Source: Nageia nagi
Lineage: Eukaryota; Plantae; Pinophyta
Assembly (NCBI GenBank): GCA_050084985.1
Contig: JBITNC010000002.1
Span: 36,642,001 to 36,706,000, forward strand
DNA: 64,000 bases
Direction: 5' to 3'
Each line of letters begins with the position of its first letter. The first letter of the stretch is position 1. This document shows, piece by piece, positions 26,584 to 39,779 of this stretch. The position numbers and the translations under genes were made by a program. The notes beneath the pieces were generated by a model, which made no database searches, had not been told where the DNA came from, and saw nothing but the letters and a program-made list of their open reading frames with translations.

Positions 26584-29164
26584 AAAGGGGCCTTAAATAA
26601 TTATATATAGGGAAAGTAGTTAAGGATTTCGGTGTTGCTAAGCCCCCCCCAACTAACCAACTATTAGATTAATATTGTCAGTTATTCAAACTGCTTACTT
26701 GCTCGATCCAATCATAAGAAGAACCATCTCGTACTAGCAATCTTCCTTTCCAAATAGCTAAAGAAACCTCTTGACTATCGTAACATTGCCTTATTGTAAT
26801 AGTTACTCAAACATATTAGAACTAGAGTGGAACTTTATAATGTTTTGATTCTATACTCCTATTAATTCATTAATTTATAATTAGGCTAGCCACTAGCCCT
26901 TTTGGAATAGTAGGCCTTAAATATTAATCGAAATGTGATGCCCTTTAATAATCGAGAGGGAAAAGAATGTTGAGTGTGAGCCTTACTATTTATATAGGCA
27001 TTTGGGTGGGTTTTTCTCCTGCAACAAACCATAATAAATGAATGTGTTCCATATGAATCAAGAATCTCATCCTTAAATAATAATAGTCATCAATTATATA
27101 TAACAGGATCTTATTTAAGAATAGGGAAAGGGATAAATCCTACTATATTTAAAGGGGGCAAAGTGGCAAGAAGGCAATGACAAAAAACCCACAATTATTA
27201 TATAGAAAGGGAAGTCAACCCTACTATATTTAAAGGAGATTTGAAAGCAACACCTTTTTTTTTTTAGTAAGGTAATAGCTACAAAAAATTCTAAATCACA
27301 AATGGTAAGATAGGTGCTTGCTTACCATAGTGCGAATGTTTCGGCCTCCTATATATTATTAATTAACCCCTACTATTACAACACCCCATTTTCTATATAA
27401 TCTTAGATGCTTGAGGGTTTCCCCTTACTATAACAATCATATTTGGTAGGAAAGTAGGTAGTCAATAAGGAGAGTAGAGTGTATCTACTTTTAAGGAGCT
27501 TGAACATCCCAAAAAAAACAACTATGTTAAATATTAAATAGAGATGGCTTGGTCATTTAATAGGTAGCATTGTTGTATTGGAGTGAGACCTTTCAAAGAA
27601 TATGAGAAATTTCCTTTATATAAATATACATGGCTTAAGTAACAATAGGGCTAAAAACATATATTAATTAAATCCCAATTAAGATGCTCAACTACCCTTT
27701 TCTATATAATGTCCCCCTGTATATTAATTAAAGGCTTGAGATACATCAAAGGTCTATTGACCATATCTTCACACTCCGAGCTACCATTAAGAAGGCATGC
27801 GAAGGTCTTCTAGAGTACTTTGTGGAATTTAGGAGAGCCTTTGACACTATTCAACGACACTTCTCTAGAAGCTACATACCATTAGTTTTGGGATACCTAC
27901 ATTAGAGTGATCATGAGCATAGTTATAAGGTTCGACCAAACTGTAATATGACAAACTATTCTTCATTCCAAAATTATTAGCCAATTAAGCAACAATTATG
28001 AAAATGGACAAGATTAATCATTCACACCACAAAAATACCCAATGCACAAGACAAATTGAGAGAATAATGCCACTGTCTCAATATAATGCAATGATGGAGC
28101 AAAATACAACTAATATGGTCCAAGAGGGCTAATGTCTGGCTCAAGGGACCAAATCTAGGGCACCAACACTCTCCAACTGACTCTGGATGCTAACATCTCA
28201 TTGCTAGGGCCTTCAACCCCTAGATTTGACTACAAGTTTGGATTGATCTAAGGGTTTACGTCCTCGGCCAATAGCCTAGTGAGGGCTACGCCCCTCTATG
28301 CCCTCTTCCCACTGGATTTTTGTCCGAGAGGCCCAAGAGATGGCACTGCCACTTCGAAAATAGAAGATATCAAATAATGCTTAAGATCCCTCCACAATGT
28401 TGCACCAACCAATATAAGTAGGAATCCTCCAAGGTTGGGCACTCACATGCCCCTCAAGGTGACATCATGCTTGGGCGTCTGAATTGTGCCTTGGAATCAC
28501 TCCAAACCATGCACCAAGCTTCTAATCATGTGTTGTGCCCTGGGACCCTCAATATAACGCTTAAATGCTCCTAAACTACTCTTAGGAGGGAGACGTCCCA
28601 CTAGAGGCTCACAATTGGTCCATGGGACCCATGTGTCTCCTATCCTAAGTTACATTGATATCTAATTACATATGCAATAAATAAATAAACACTCCTAATT
28701 ACAAATTCACTCCTAAAGGGGAATGTCCCATCAAGGGGATATTACATTCCTCCCCTCTCAAATTGCTTGACCCCAAGCAATACAAGACAATAGCTCAACA
28801 TTAAATCTGCAAAAACGTCTCCAATTCTTCATTGGCAACATAAAGCATCATACATGTTGTAACTAAATTCTAAAGTACCATCTTTGTCATGTTGTCTTCA
28901 TTCATCATGTCCATGTGAGCGTATATGAAATCTACTAACTCATGTATTCCCTACGTAGCTCTCATGGCTGAAGGATCAAAAACTAAAAATGCAAATGGAG
29001 TAAGGACTCCTCTCCCTTGTTGTCCAAGGAACTAGCAAATGTCCAACATATGCCAATGTTTGGCAGAAACATAGCCAATGTCAGATCTTCACTCACGCCA
29101 CTATCTTCGAACTGAACTACCATTGAATCATCCTTATCATCATTCTTGGTTGCCCATGCCATGC

Positions 29165-29923
29165 TCATCCCTTGCGCAACCCATGAAGGATGGTAAAGAG
29201 GCTATCATAACTTGGCCAAAATATGGCAGCCAACCCGTCATAAGTCAAGGAACCAGAAGTAATGAATTTGAATACTTTGCAACACCAATCACCATCAATT
29301 TCAGCCATGGTAAAGTCCCACAAATCTAACATTTCTACCATATCCTTGATGTCTCCAACCTTGTCATAGGTAATCTTAGATAAAATCATTAATGCCCTTC
29401 TTGCAAAAGCGTAGTCAACCCCCCACATCCTCCATGTAGGCCTCCGCGTAATCAATCCATGGTCTATGCTATCGTCCAGGGATACAAGTGCTGAAAGGGA
29501 ACTAGCAATGATCCTCAAAGTCTCCATGAGTGTGTCGTCCAAGCATGTACTCCGCAACCTTCCCCATGTGGACATTGAGGATGCTTCAATCCTCTCACTA
29601 TTTCTACTCCTTTCTTGAGCTCTATCATGAACAATACTCATAATATAGTTAGGAAACAAAACAAATACACTATGTAAATCATACCTCCTGCTAAGGCCCT
29701 CAAGAACAACCCATGCAACATCCAAGTGAGCCAAGGGGTGGACGAAGTGTATCAAGGTGAAGATTGGTTGCTCCAATCTCATCAATCTATCTTCTTCTAA
29801 GCCTCCCAAGGCTTGACGTCCCTCTTCCAATAGATCCTCGTCATCATGTGACTCCTCCCATATGCACCCTTCCTTGATGAGTGGGTCGTCCTCTTGCTCT
29901 AGCTGTCCAACTCCATATACCAT
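29165..29923 (-). pseudogene. Unidentified 252-codon open frame occupying the place of pol
   Basis: From the ORF track. It follows the protease linker directly and has no RT motifs. Confidence 0.4.
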
Positions 29924-32227
29924 CTCCGAATGGTTGGGGAAAGTAATCCTTAATGGCTTGTAGTGTATGCCTCTTCCCTTTTACCTCAAACTTCAACATT
30001 AACTTTTGATAATTTGAGCGAATGTCACCCAAATTATATAGCCATTGTACTCCCAAAATCAAGTGTGGAATGCCATCCAATGCGTAGACGTAGAAGTCCT
30101 CTCTCGCCACAATCTTGTATCTTCACGCCAAACTTCTCCACAATTTGATCTACCAATGTAAGCTTCCCATTGGCATTCGTCACGCGAAAGCCCTCAAACT
30201 CCTTAGTCTTAAGGAGCTACTTCTTCGCAAACTCCTCATCAATGAAATTGTGTGTGGCTCATGGGTTTATCAAAACCATTACCTCTTGGCCAACGACTAA
30301 CCCTTTCACCTTTAGCATGAAATATTTGGGTACTCCATAGAGTGACGCAATCATCCCTTCAACTATGCTCTTGTTGTCTGGAATAGGGTGTTCTAGCTGC
30401 AAACTTAATCCTCTCAAATCCAACTCCAACTCTAAATCATCATCCACCAAGATTACTTCGATGTAATGGACTTATCCCTTGCACAAACATTTGTGACCAC
30501 GCTCCCAAGTTTGCTTGCAGCTAAAGCACAAATTCTTCTTCCTTAGCTCATTCCTGGTCTCCAAACTTGCCTTGTTGTCACCTAACGTTTGGCTTCTTTC
30601 GGTAGGTGAAGGCCCCATCTCCAACATCCCCCTTCCAAATGTCCCATCTTTGGTGACAATGCGACTTTGGCTCTCATCATGCCAGGTTCTAGGTCCAACG
30701 CCCTTTTGATGGCATCCTATAGCTGTGTAGGGGAGAAGGCTTTGACTAAACCCCTCAACAGTTCTGCCAAACCTTTCGTGAAAAGGAAAGTGACCCTCTT
30801 CTCTGAAATGTTGGGATCCCTTATTGCAATCCTTTGGAATTCCGCCACATTCTCCTCCACAAACCCTTTTTTCCTCATTTTAGTCAAGTCCTTGAAGTAA
30901 TCATCTTCATCCTTTCTATCAAATCAATCCATCATCCTCCTATTGAAGACATCAAAGGAGGTGATTGCTCCATGACTCTGCGTGATCATACCATATTGCC
31001 ACCATTTCGTCTAAGGGCAAGATAGCAGACCGTATGACATCCTCCTATATCATGGGGCTAAGCGTGAAATAAGTTTGCAGTTTTTGCAACCATCCCCTAG
31101 CAGTCATCTTGTCACTTCCATCGAACAAGGGCACTTGCATCCTACTCGACCATTGTTGAAGATACCTTCTATCGTACCTGGATCCACCATGCGCTTGACT
31201 ACCACTAACTCTCTTGCCCAAAAACTCTAGATACAAAGAAAAGGTCACATCATCCTTGAACTCTTATGTGTTCAAGCCTTCAAGGCATATTCTCGGTACA
31301 ACTAATTGAGCTCCCGTGGTGAGATCATGCTCATGTTGCTCTTCATCCTTGAAAAGAACATAGGTTTGTTGGGACGTGGTAGAGGGGGAGGTGAGGCATC
31401 CATTTTCTATTTTCTTTTTTTGATTAATGGGCTAATTTTGTATTAATCAAAAAACGTGAAGTTTATAACAAAAAGGTCTATTATAGCCTTGTTACACTAC
31501 TGCTACAATCTTCTCAGATTACAAAAAGGATCTAGAAATATTGAGAACATCACCTTCTATTTAACATCCCTAAGGTACATAAAGTAGAATAGATTTAACA
31601 AAACAGACTGTTTCCATTATGTCTTCTGGAAAAAGTTCCTAAGATAACTACACACCGTCATTTTAACTGTGGTCAAAAAAGCATCATACTAAAGAGACAG
31701 GGTAACTTTTTGCTTCATCTAGCAACAAACTAACAACAGCCAAAGACTAAATCCCCTTCTACTCCATAGAAATGAACTATAGATTGTCAAAGTTGAATTT
31801 GTAGAGGTTGACATGTTTTCCTAAGCATAATTTCCTTGAAGCCCAGACTCTCCCCTACATCCTCATATTTGGCGCTTCTTGTCCCCTTCCTCGATTTTTC
31901 CTCTTCTAGCATTTCATTATGGATTTTGGAGCTAAAAGCTCTCTAAAAGAAACTAGACGTTGTTGGTTATCTCTCTTTGGGTCAGCAAACACTGCTCCTA
32001 GATTATGTTCTCCCTCTAGCAATTCGTTGGTTTGCTTGAGCTTATCCATAACCTTAGCATTCCCCTTTGTCTTTGGCAGATTTGCATACCTCTTTTGAGT
32101 TGTTTACCTATTTCCCTAATTTTGAATTGCTCAAGTGAAACCTATTCCTCCAAGTTAATGAATTGAACACGTCCACTTACTGTTGCATTCTCCTCAATAG
32201 CTTTATCATTGGTTGTTCTTCCCGAAT

Positions 32228-33981
32228 CTAATTGTGAAGACATCTCCCCCTGAGGCATTTTGATCTTCTCTTCATTTTGTCAATGCTATCTTCCAAATTT
32301 GTGCTCAACGAGATCTCCACCTGCGTGTTACTCTCCACAGGCCCCTTTCCTCTAGAGCTCCAAAGTTTGGCCTCACTCCTAGTTCTCACATGACTAGGCA
32401 TGACAGACACATTCCCTAGCTCGACTACACTCAGTTGACTAAGCTTACTCAAATTCTTTGAATGCTCTAAGGAATCCTCTGAAGAAGACTTATACCTATA
32501 GAAGCATAAAAATGTGCTATCTCCTCAAAATAATCTATAGGATTCTTTAGAGAACCCTTACCTGATAAGACCGGTTTCCTTATCTCCTCCTTAGAGATCT
32601 CCAATTGCTCGTCTTCCCCTTCCATGGGTCCATGTAAGTTTTGTACTTGTTCAACAAGGTTTTGCTCTGGGATCAAAATATCTTCCTCATCTAGAAACTC
32701 AGTCTCTACATGAGAAATCTTTGCAATTCCCCTATGGTCCTTTCCACTCTCCTCAAGTCCTTCCCTTGAATTCTTTGATTGCAACATTAACTTCCTTTTG
32801 AGTCTATTGCTTCTTCTTGGCCTGGTTATCATCTCCCTCTCATCCACAAGCGCTAGCTCTCCCATTTCTTTGTTAAGAGTACATTTGACTCAAACCATTT
32901 GTTGGCCCTTCTTATATAATACTTCTTTTGTTTTGTTGCAATCTCCCTACTCCTCTTACCTTTAAGGCTACTTCTTTCGCCTTTTGCTTCCTACTTTGTG
33001 TTCATTCTCAATAGGGTGTCTACTGCCTCTGCTTCTTGAGATTCACGTAAAGAAAGATCATCATCCTTGGATTGGCTCAACAAGTTGTGGTTTGTGCTTT
33101 CAAATTCAGCTCTCTCTAGCTCCAATTCCAAGCCGTTAAAAGGAGCTCAATCAACTTTACATTTTTGTCTTGTGAGATAAACTCTACCCCTCTCCAATTT
33201 ACCCCCTGATTGTGGATCATCAGGAGCTGGATTAGACAACTTCTTGATCGACCCAGCTCTCCTCTTATTGCTTGTTGATGGTTCCCCCTCTTCCGTCTTT
33301 TTACCTGGCTCAAAGACCTGACCACCAACTAGAACTTTCACCTTAGGAAATTTCTTAGGTGAAAGAGCAATTACCCTCTCATAGAGGAGTTTGATTATAG
33401 CGCCATGCAAGGGCACCAAAGCCCTATTCTTTTTCACTTTGTCAACCAAGAGAGACAAGGAATTAAAGATGAAAAATGGGAAATTCACCTTGTTTGTTTC
33501 TAGGAAAATGAAGTGATTGAGCATGAAAAAGTGGGATGCCAACAAAATTTTGTATCTTCCCTCCAGAGTCACGTACCTGATTAGAACAAAGGTGACACCA
33601 TCCCATGGCTTGGCGATAGATTCCCTACCCACTCCCGTTTGATACTTCTCCAAGTCCTTTGTCTTTAACACTTTTTTCTAGATATTTATTCCTGGCATTC
33701 AATTTGTTGAGCTTCCCTTCTCTTCAAACTTGAATGCCCTTGTTTGGCATAAGAATTACATGTGCAGTTGTCTAAAGGCTAAAAATTAGGCTCCTGCCAT
33801 TTACTTTGCATCAACCATTCACCCACGAGCTTGCCACCTCCATAGATAGCTGATCATCATGGCCCTTGCATGCCTACATGAAATTATCTAAATCCCCCTA
33901 ACAAATGATATTCCACACCACCTTGTTGCTAATTGTTTCATCAGGAGAGGACGATTCCACTCTCACTAAATCCCCTCCCAT
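32228..33981 (-). pseudogene. Degraded extra ORF ('ORF3') of the second LINE
   Basis: Starts ATG GGA GGG (MGGDLVRVE...), continues GVGRESIAKPWDGV...RYVTLEGRY...HFFMLNHF..KVNFPFFIFNSL...LHGAIIKLLY, then a charged tail with PRRSNRLKRK and RTRS. The 3' end is approximate. Confidence 0.75.
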
Positions 33982-34514
33982 GTTCTCGGTCACCTCCAAC
34001 ACCTACAAAACACAACACTCTGAAGCTCTCGACCACCTTCAGCTCCATTGTAGCTTTTAATGAGCAAAAAATTGTTTTAATAAACCACAAATCTGGGCTT
34101 CCCAATTCCAACGCACCATCTTTCCTACCTCAATAAGTCATCATTACACCTCAAATGACTATCTCAATGCCCTGGCCACCTCAACTTCCTCCTCCGCAAG
34201 ACCGGACACTGCAATCATGCGGACTCATGACAAGAAATATTAAATTAAATATGGGACTAATTAGCCTGTAATTGAAAACAATAAAGAAATAGTGATAAGA
34301 CTTTTCCCTTTCTATTAATAAGGCAAGGGATATTAATTCTGAAGCAATCCACGCGACAAGGCGGTGCCTAAAATGGCCCACCTTCACCTTTGAGTCAACC
34401 AAAACACCACACAATCGAAGAGCCTAGTCAAACCAACCTGGTAACTAAGCCGCCACAAAAACCTTAATGGAGACAATTAATCAAAAATTAAATTTGCTAC
34501 CAATCCAAAGAGGC

Positions 34515-37473
34515 TTATAAGCAAAGATTCGAATTTTTTGAGGGCACCTCCATATCTTCCCCATCCTCTACCTTGTTCTGCCTTTTCTTAGTTTTACTCT
34601 TTTCTCTTACACAAGTCACATAATTTTCCTTAGCTCTTACAGAAGCTATTTTGTAGACCTCAATGGGTTTTTTAGCTTTCCCATTGAAGGTTCTCTCATT
34701 TCTTTCTTTCCAAATTTGCCAAAGGGTGTGAGTTAGCATAAAGTACCAAGCTTTCCCCACATACTGATTGCCTTTTATTGATTGCCATTGCACAATCCAA
34801 AATAAAATCCCTTCTGGAAGGGCTCCACTAATATTGAATTTTCTTTTGATTTCATACCATATTTCTGTAGCAAAGGTCCAATGTAAAAAAATATGGTTTT
34901 CAGATTCTTCCTGTTTTTGGCACAAACAGCATCTATTTGGGATTGTCATCCCTCTCATCTTCAAATTGTCAATTGTGGCAAGCTTATTATGGGCCAAAAT
35001 CCACATAAAGAAAGCAATCTTTGGCATGAGGCCATTAGTCCAAATCTCCTTCTCTTCGTTCTTTTGACCATTTTTGAGCAGATTTATAGCATCTTCGATA
35101 TTGAAATCCCCTTTTTTTGATACAATCCAAACAGGCTTGTCTCTTTCCTCTCCAGCTATAATTCCACTTACCTCAATTTCTTCTAAGAGATTGGAAACTT
35201 CGTTTTTCGCTTCCACTTGAGGATGTTCCAGAAAGTGCCACTTGTCCTCTTGTTTAGAGTAGTAATCTCTTAGCATTTCTGCTTGTCTAGTTTTAAACCA
35301 CGAAACTCCTTTTCATAGACTTCTAAAGGATATCAACGGCTTGCCTTCGATCCAGTGATCCTCCCAGAAGTATATATTACTCCCATTCCCAATTTCCCAT
35401 TTCACTTGCTTTCCAATCCAGTTCCTGAGTTTAATGATACTATTCCAAAAGGGCAAGCCATAAGGAGGATTTGCTACCCTCAAGAAGTGGTTTCTATTGT
35501 TAAGATATTTGGCTTTACAGACCTTAATTCGCTCTCTATCCTCCTTTACAGCCATTTTCCAGGCCATCTTAGCTCTTAGAGCTACATTCAAGTGCTTCAT
35601 TCTTCTCAAAACAAGACCTCCCCGAGTCTTTTCTCTTCTCTACATAGCTTATTCCAGGCCACAAGTGAGGACTTTTTTCTTTCTCCATCATTGTCCCAAA
35701 GGAACTTTCTGCATACTTTATCAATTTTACTTGCAATAGAGTTTGGCATATTAAAGACAAGCATGTTGTAAATGGGAATACTTTGAAGCATCTGTTTTAT
35801 AAGATGGGTTCTTGCTACATAAGTTAAGGTTTTCCCTTTCCATCCTGGTAGTTTAGAGTTAATACTACGCAGAACCCTTTCCCATTGGTCTATGGTAACC
35901 CTTCCTGAGAAAAGAGACATGCCCAGGTATCTAGTAGGGAGTTGATCAATCATATAGCCAAAGATGCCTGCAATGTTTCTTTGTTTGCTTCTAGGAGTAT
36001 TCAAGAAGAAGATTCTAGTTTTTTCGATGCTGATAAATTGATGGGAAGCTCTTTCATAGTCTCTTAGGATCCTTTCAAGGTTTTAGCCTCCCTTTACTGA
36101 GCAATCCCAACTAAGATTGTATCGTCAACAAACTGATGGTGGGAGATGGCCGAAGTCTGTTTTGCTTGTTTAATTCCTTTGATCCTACCATTCGTTTGTT
36201 TTTTCTTGATTGCTTTGCCCAAAGCTACCGCTATTAAAATAAAAAGATAGGGTGAAATCGGGTCCCCCTATCTGAGACCTCTTTCTACACCCAAATAACC
36301 CCCTAGCTCACCATTAATAATCATTGAATATCTAGGAGTAGAGCTTCATTCTCTAATCCAATTCCTCCATAGCTGTCCAAAACCAAATCTACTTAGAATC
36401 GCCTCCAAGAAATCCCAATTAACCCTATCATAGGCCTTCTTCATATCCAGTTTGAGAAGCATTGTTTCTTCTTTCCTCTCCTTCATTAAGTGAAGCATTT
36501 CAGGCTTCAAAATGATACCATCTATAATGAGCTTTCCGCTCACAAAACCATCTTGTTCTTTTGAGATCATTGTTGGTAAAAGTTGCTTCATTCTTTTTGA
36601 TAAGATTTTGGTGATTATTTTGTAAGTCACATTACACAAACTGATAGGTCTAAAATCCTTCAGGTCCTTTAGCACTCCTTTTCGAGGCCAAAACCAAAAA
36701 AGTAGCATTCCAGGTTTTCAGAAGCTTTCCTTTCTTAAAAAAATCTACTCTGCTTCCACTACATTCGGGCCTACAATCTCCCAATTGGCTTCGAAGAAGC
36801 CTTCCTGAAAACCATCCGGTCCTAGTGCTTTGTCTTTTTGCATAGAGAATAAAGCTTTTTTGACTTCTTCTTTATAAGTTCTTTTAGTTAAATCTTCATT
36901 CATTTCCTATGTGATAACCTCTGGTATGTTTTGCTACATGCGTTCAGTGGTTGATTTATTTATTCGTTGATCAATTTCCAAGATCTTGTAGTAGGTCTCT
37001 GCTTCTTCCTTTATCTCATCTTCCTCTTGGGTAACAGTTCCATCCCCTTTCCTAATTTTTGATATTTCTATCAACACTCCTGCTTTGGAAAGTGGACATT
37101 TTAAAAAATGTGGTATTTCTGTCACCATCTTTCAACCATGTAATTCTAGATTTCTGTTGCCAATGTTTTTCTTCCTGAGATAAAGTATTATAATATTCAG
37201 CAAGGACTTCTCTATCTTTCTTGTCTAGATCTTTTGTTCTACCTTTTCTTAACATTTCAAGCTCTATCATTTCCAGCTCCCCTTCCATCTCTAGCTTCCT
37301 CTACTCAACATTCCTAAAAATTTCCTTGTTCCATTTCTTGACTCTCCTCTTGACTTTGCCCATTTTTTGTGAGAGCCTATACATTGTTGTTCCTTTGACC
37401 TCATATTTCCACCAATCTAGATTCTCTTTAAAACTTGGATGATCCACCCACATAAATTCAAACTTAAAAGGTG
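34515..37473 (-). pseudogene. LINE ORF2 (post-endonuclease linker, RT, zf-RVT), frameshifted
   Basis: PFKFEFMW; WQQKSRITWLKDGDRNTTFF; DFRPISLCNVTYKIITKIL; LKLDMKKAYDRVNW; SHHQFVDDT; RCCLCQKQEESENHIF..IWKERN. Confidence 0.92.
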
Positions 37474-39779
37474 TCCATTTTTTGTGTCTCTCCATGAATT
37501 TCTCCCACATTGGCTCTCTGAACCTAGTGGATTCAGTTCTAAACAAGGAATGTCCTTCGTCCATCATTCTAGCTGACAAGGACCTCTGAAATACAAGCTC
37601 TCTCCACTCAAATCCTTGACTTTCTTGGTTCTACCCTAACCCTCTGGATCTATGCAAAAACTCCTACTCTCCATGATCTCTCTCACAGGATCTATGCAAA
37701 GGTGCATCACCTCATGGCTCCCTTTCACAAACAAAGGCAAATCTCTGAGTATGGGGCATTCTAGGGCTTCCTCCAGGCCCTACGTTCCTCTCCTACGCCT
37801 CTCTTCTGGCCACACACTCATTCAATTGCTGCATTTGATCCACAATAGTTTTCATCATGGCCAACAACTCATCAAACTACTTCTCTGCTAGATCCTTGGG
37901 CGAAATTTCCTTTTCCTCATGCACATCTTCCTCATCTCCAAGCACATGCCTTGGCTCATTCATCCGGCTTTGTCGGACTAGATCTCCATGCTACCTCCCT
38001 GTGTCCTCCTTGGATTTGGTCTGAGGGGCCATGGGAGACTTCTTTCCCTTATGCCTCTGGTAAACCCTCTTTGCTGACTGCATCCAACAATATTCCCACA
38101 AGATGGCAAGATGATAGCTCTAATACTACTGTAATATAACAAACTACTTTTCGTTCCGAAGTATTAACCAATTAAGCGACAATTATAAAAATGGACAAGA
38201 TTAATCATTCACACCACAAAAATACCCAACGCACAAGCCAAATTGAGAGAATAATGCCAACATCTCAATATAATGCAATGATGGAGCAAAATACAACCAA
38301 TATGGCCTAAGAGGGCTGATGTTTGGCTCAAGGGACCAGATCTAAGGCACCAACACTCTCCAACTGACTTTGGATGTTGATGTCTCACTACTAGGGCCTT
38401 CAACTCCCGAATCTTTGGTTTGAGGGTTTGCATCCTCAGCCAATAGCCTAGTGAGGGTATGTCCCACTATGCTCTTCCCATGCTGGGTTTTCGTCCAACA
38501 AGAGGCCAAAGAGATGGCACTGCCACTTCAAAGATAGAAAATATCAAATAATGCTCAAGATCCCTCCACAATGTTGCACCATCCATGTAAGTAGGAATCC
38601 TCCAAGGTTGGGCGCTCACATGCCCCTCAAGGTGACGTCATGCTTGGGTGTCTAAATTGTGCCTCGAAATCACTCCAAACCATGCGCCATGCTTTTAATC
38701 ATGTGTTGTGCCTTGGGATCCTCAATATGACACTTAAATGCTCCTAAACTACTCTTAGGAGGGAGACGTCCCACTAGGGGCTCACAATTGGTCCATGGGA
38801 CCCACATGTCTCCTATCCTAAGTTACAATGATGTCTAATTACATATGGAATAAATAAATAAACACTCCTAATTACAAATTCACTCCTAAAGGGGAACCTC
38901 CCATAAAGGGAACATTACAATGAACCTAACCTAGGTTTGGCCAAACTGAATTTCCTCGACAAAACAAACTTGTAGGGTTCAATTCGGTCAGATTTGCAAC
39001 AGAAAATGTGGGAAAATTTGTATGGAATGTACAAGGGCCACAAAAACTAAAATCCCTCCAAAAACACGATGTGAAACCCTAAAAACATGAAATGGTTAAT
39101 AGTGAAGACGAGATGTGAAATAGCCAAACCATGACATGAAATAGCCAATATGCAACATGAAGTTGTGAATGACTAAATGCGACATGAATGCTTGCAAGTC
39201 TATGGTCACATATTCTCTTGGCTCTTGTAGCCTTGTTATAAACTCATAGAAAACATGATAGGTCACATGTTTTGTGCAGGCGTCATGCAGAGAACTCACC
39301 GTTGCCCATCTCCTGTCACCCATCCCAGTTTATGCGTGCAGTGCATCCCGTCTCCTGTTCGCTACATATATATAAGGTTCTAAAGTTTAATGTTTTTATT
39401 AAATTTTTATTTATAGCTTAATTTTTAAAATATAAATGTTTTTTGTTTATATTTAAAATATAATGTTTCTATTTATAGTTTAATCATTAATGTTTATTTA
39501 TAGTTTTTTATTTATAATTTAATATTTTATTTAATGTGTATATTTTCAAAGTTTAATTTTTAAAGTTTATATTTAAAACTTTATGTTTTTATTTAATGTT
39601 TATTTAACATTTTCATTATGTTTAAATTATAAATCTTTGATGTATTGAATTATATGTAGTTATTTATATGTTTTGTATATTTTCCAAACCCTTTTCAAAA
39701 TTCCAAACTTCCAAACTTTTTTTGTCTTTTGATCGAACTGAATCTGGTAACTATTGAGGCTCTATGGAACAATTATTGG

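Larger units (their letters stand above)
31407..37473 (-). mobile_element. 5'-truncated L1-clade LINE with an extra 3' ORF, inserted in the gypsy gag
   Basis: A-rich tail (T tract at 31403-31421); TSD TCCATTTT at 31399-31406 and 37474-37481; gag sequence resumes on both sides. Confidence 0.9.
27942..38919 (-). mobile_element. Older non-autonomous Ty3/gypsy element (gag plus protease only), interrupted by a LINE
   Basis: Diverged LTRs of about 800 bp at 27942-28746 and 38130-38919; degenerate PBS TAGTATTAGAGC; PPT GAGAGGGGGAGGAA; gag [23 protein letters not shown] and protease fragments similar to the intact element; no RT, RNase H or integrase seen. Confidence 0.88.
27918..39756. mobile_element. 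hAT-like MITE split by a gypsy insertion (27918-27941 plus 38920-39756)
   Basis: Inverted ends CATAGTTATAAGGTTCG / GAATCTGGTAACTATTG and an AT-rich interior; no clean TSD. Confidence 0.5.
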
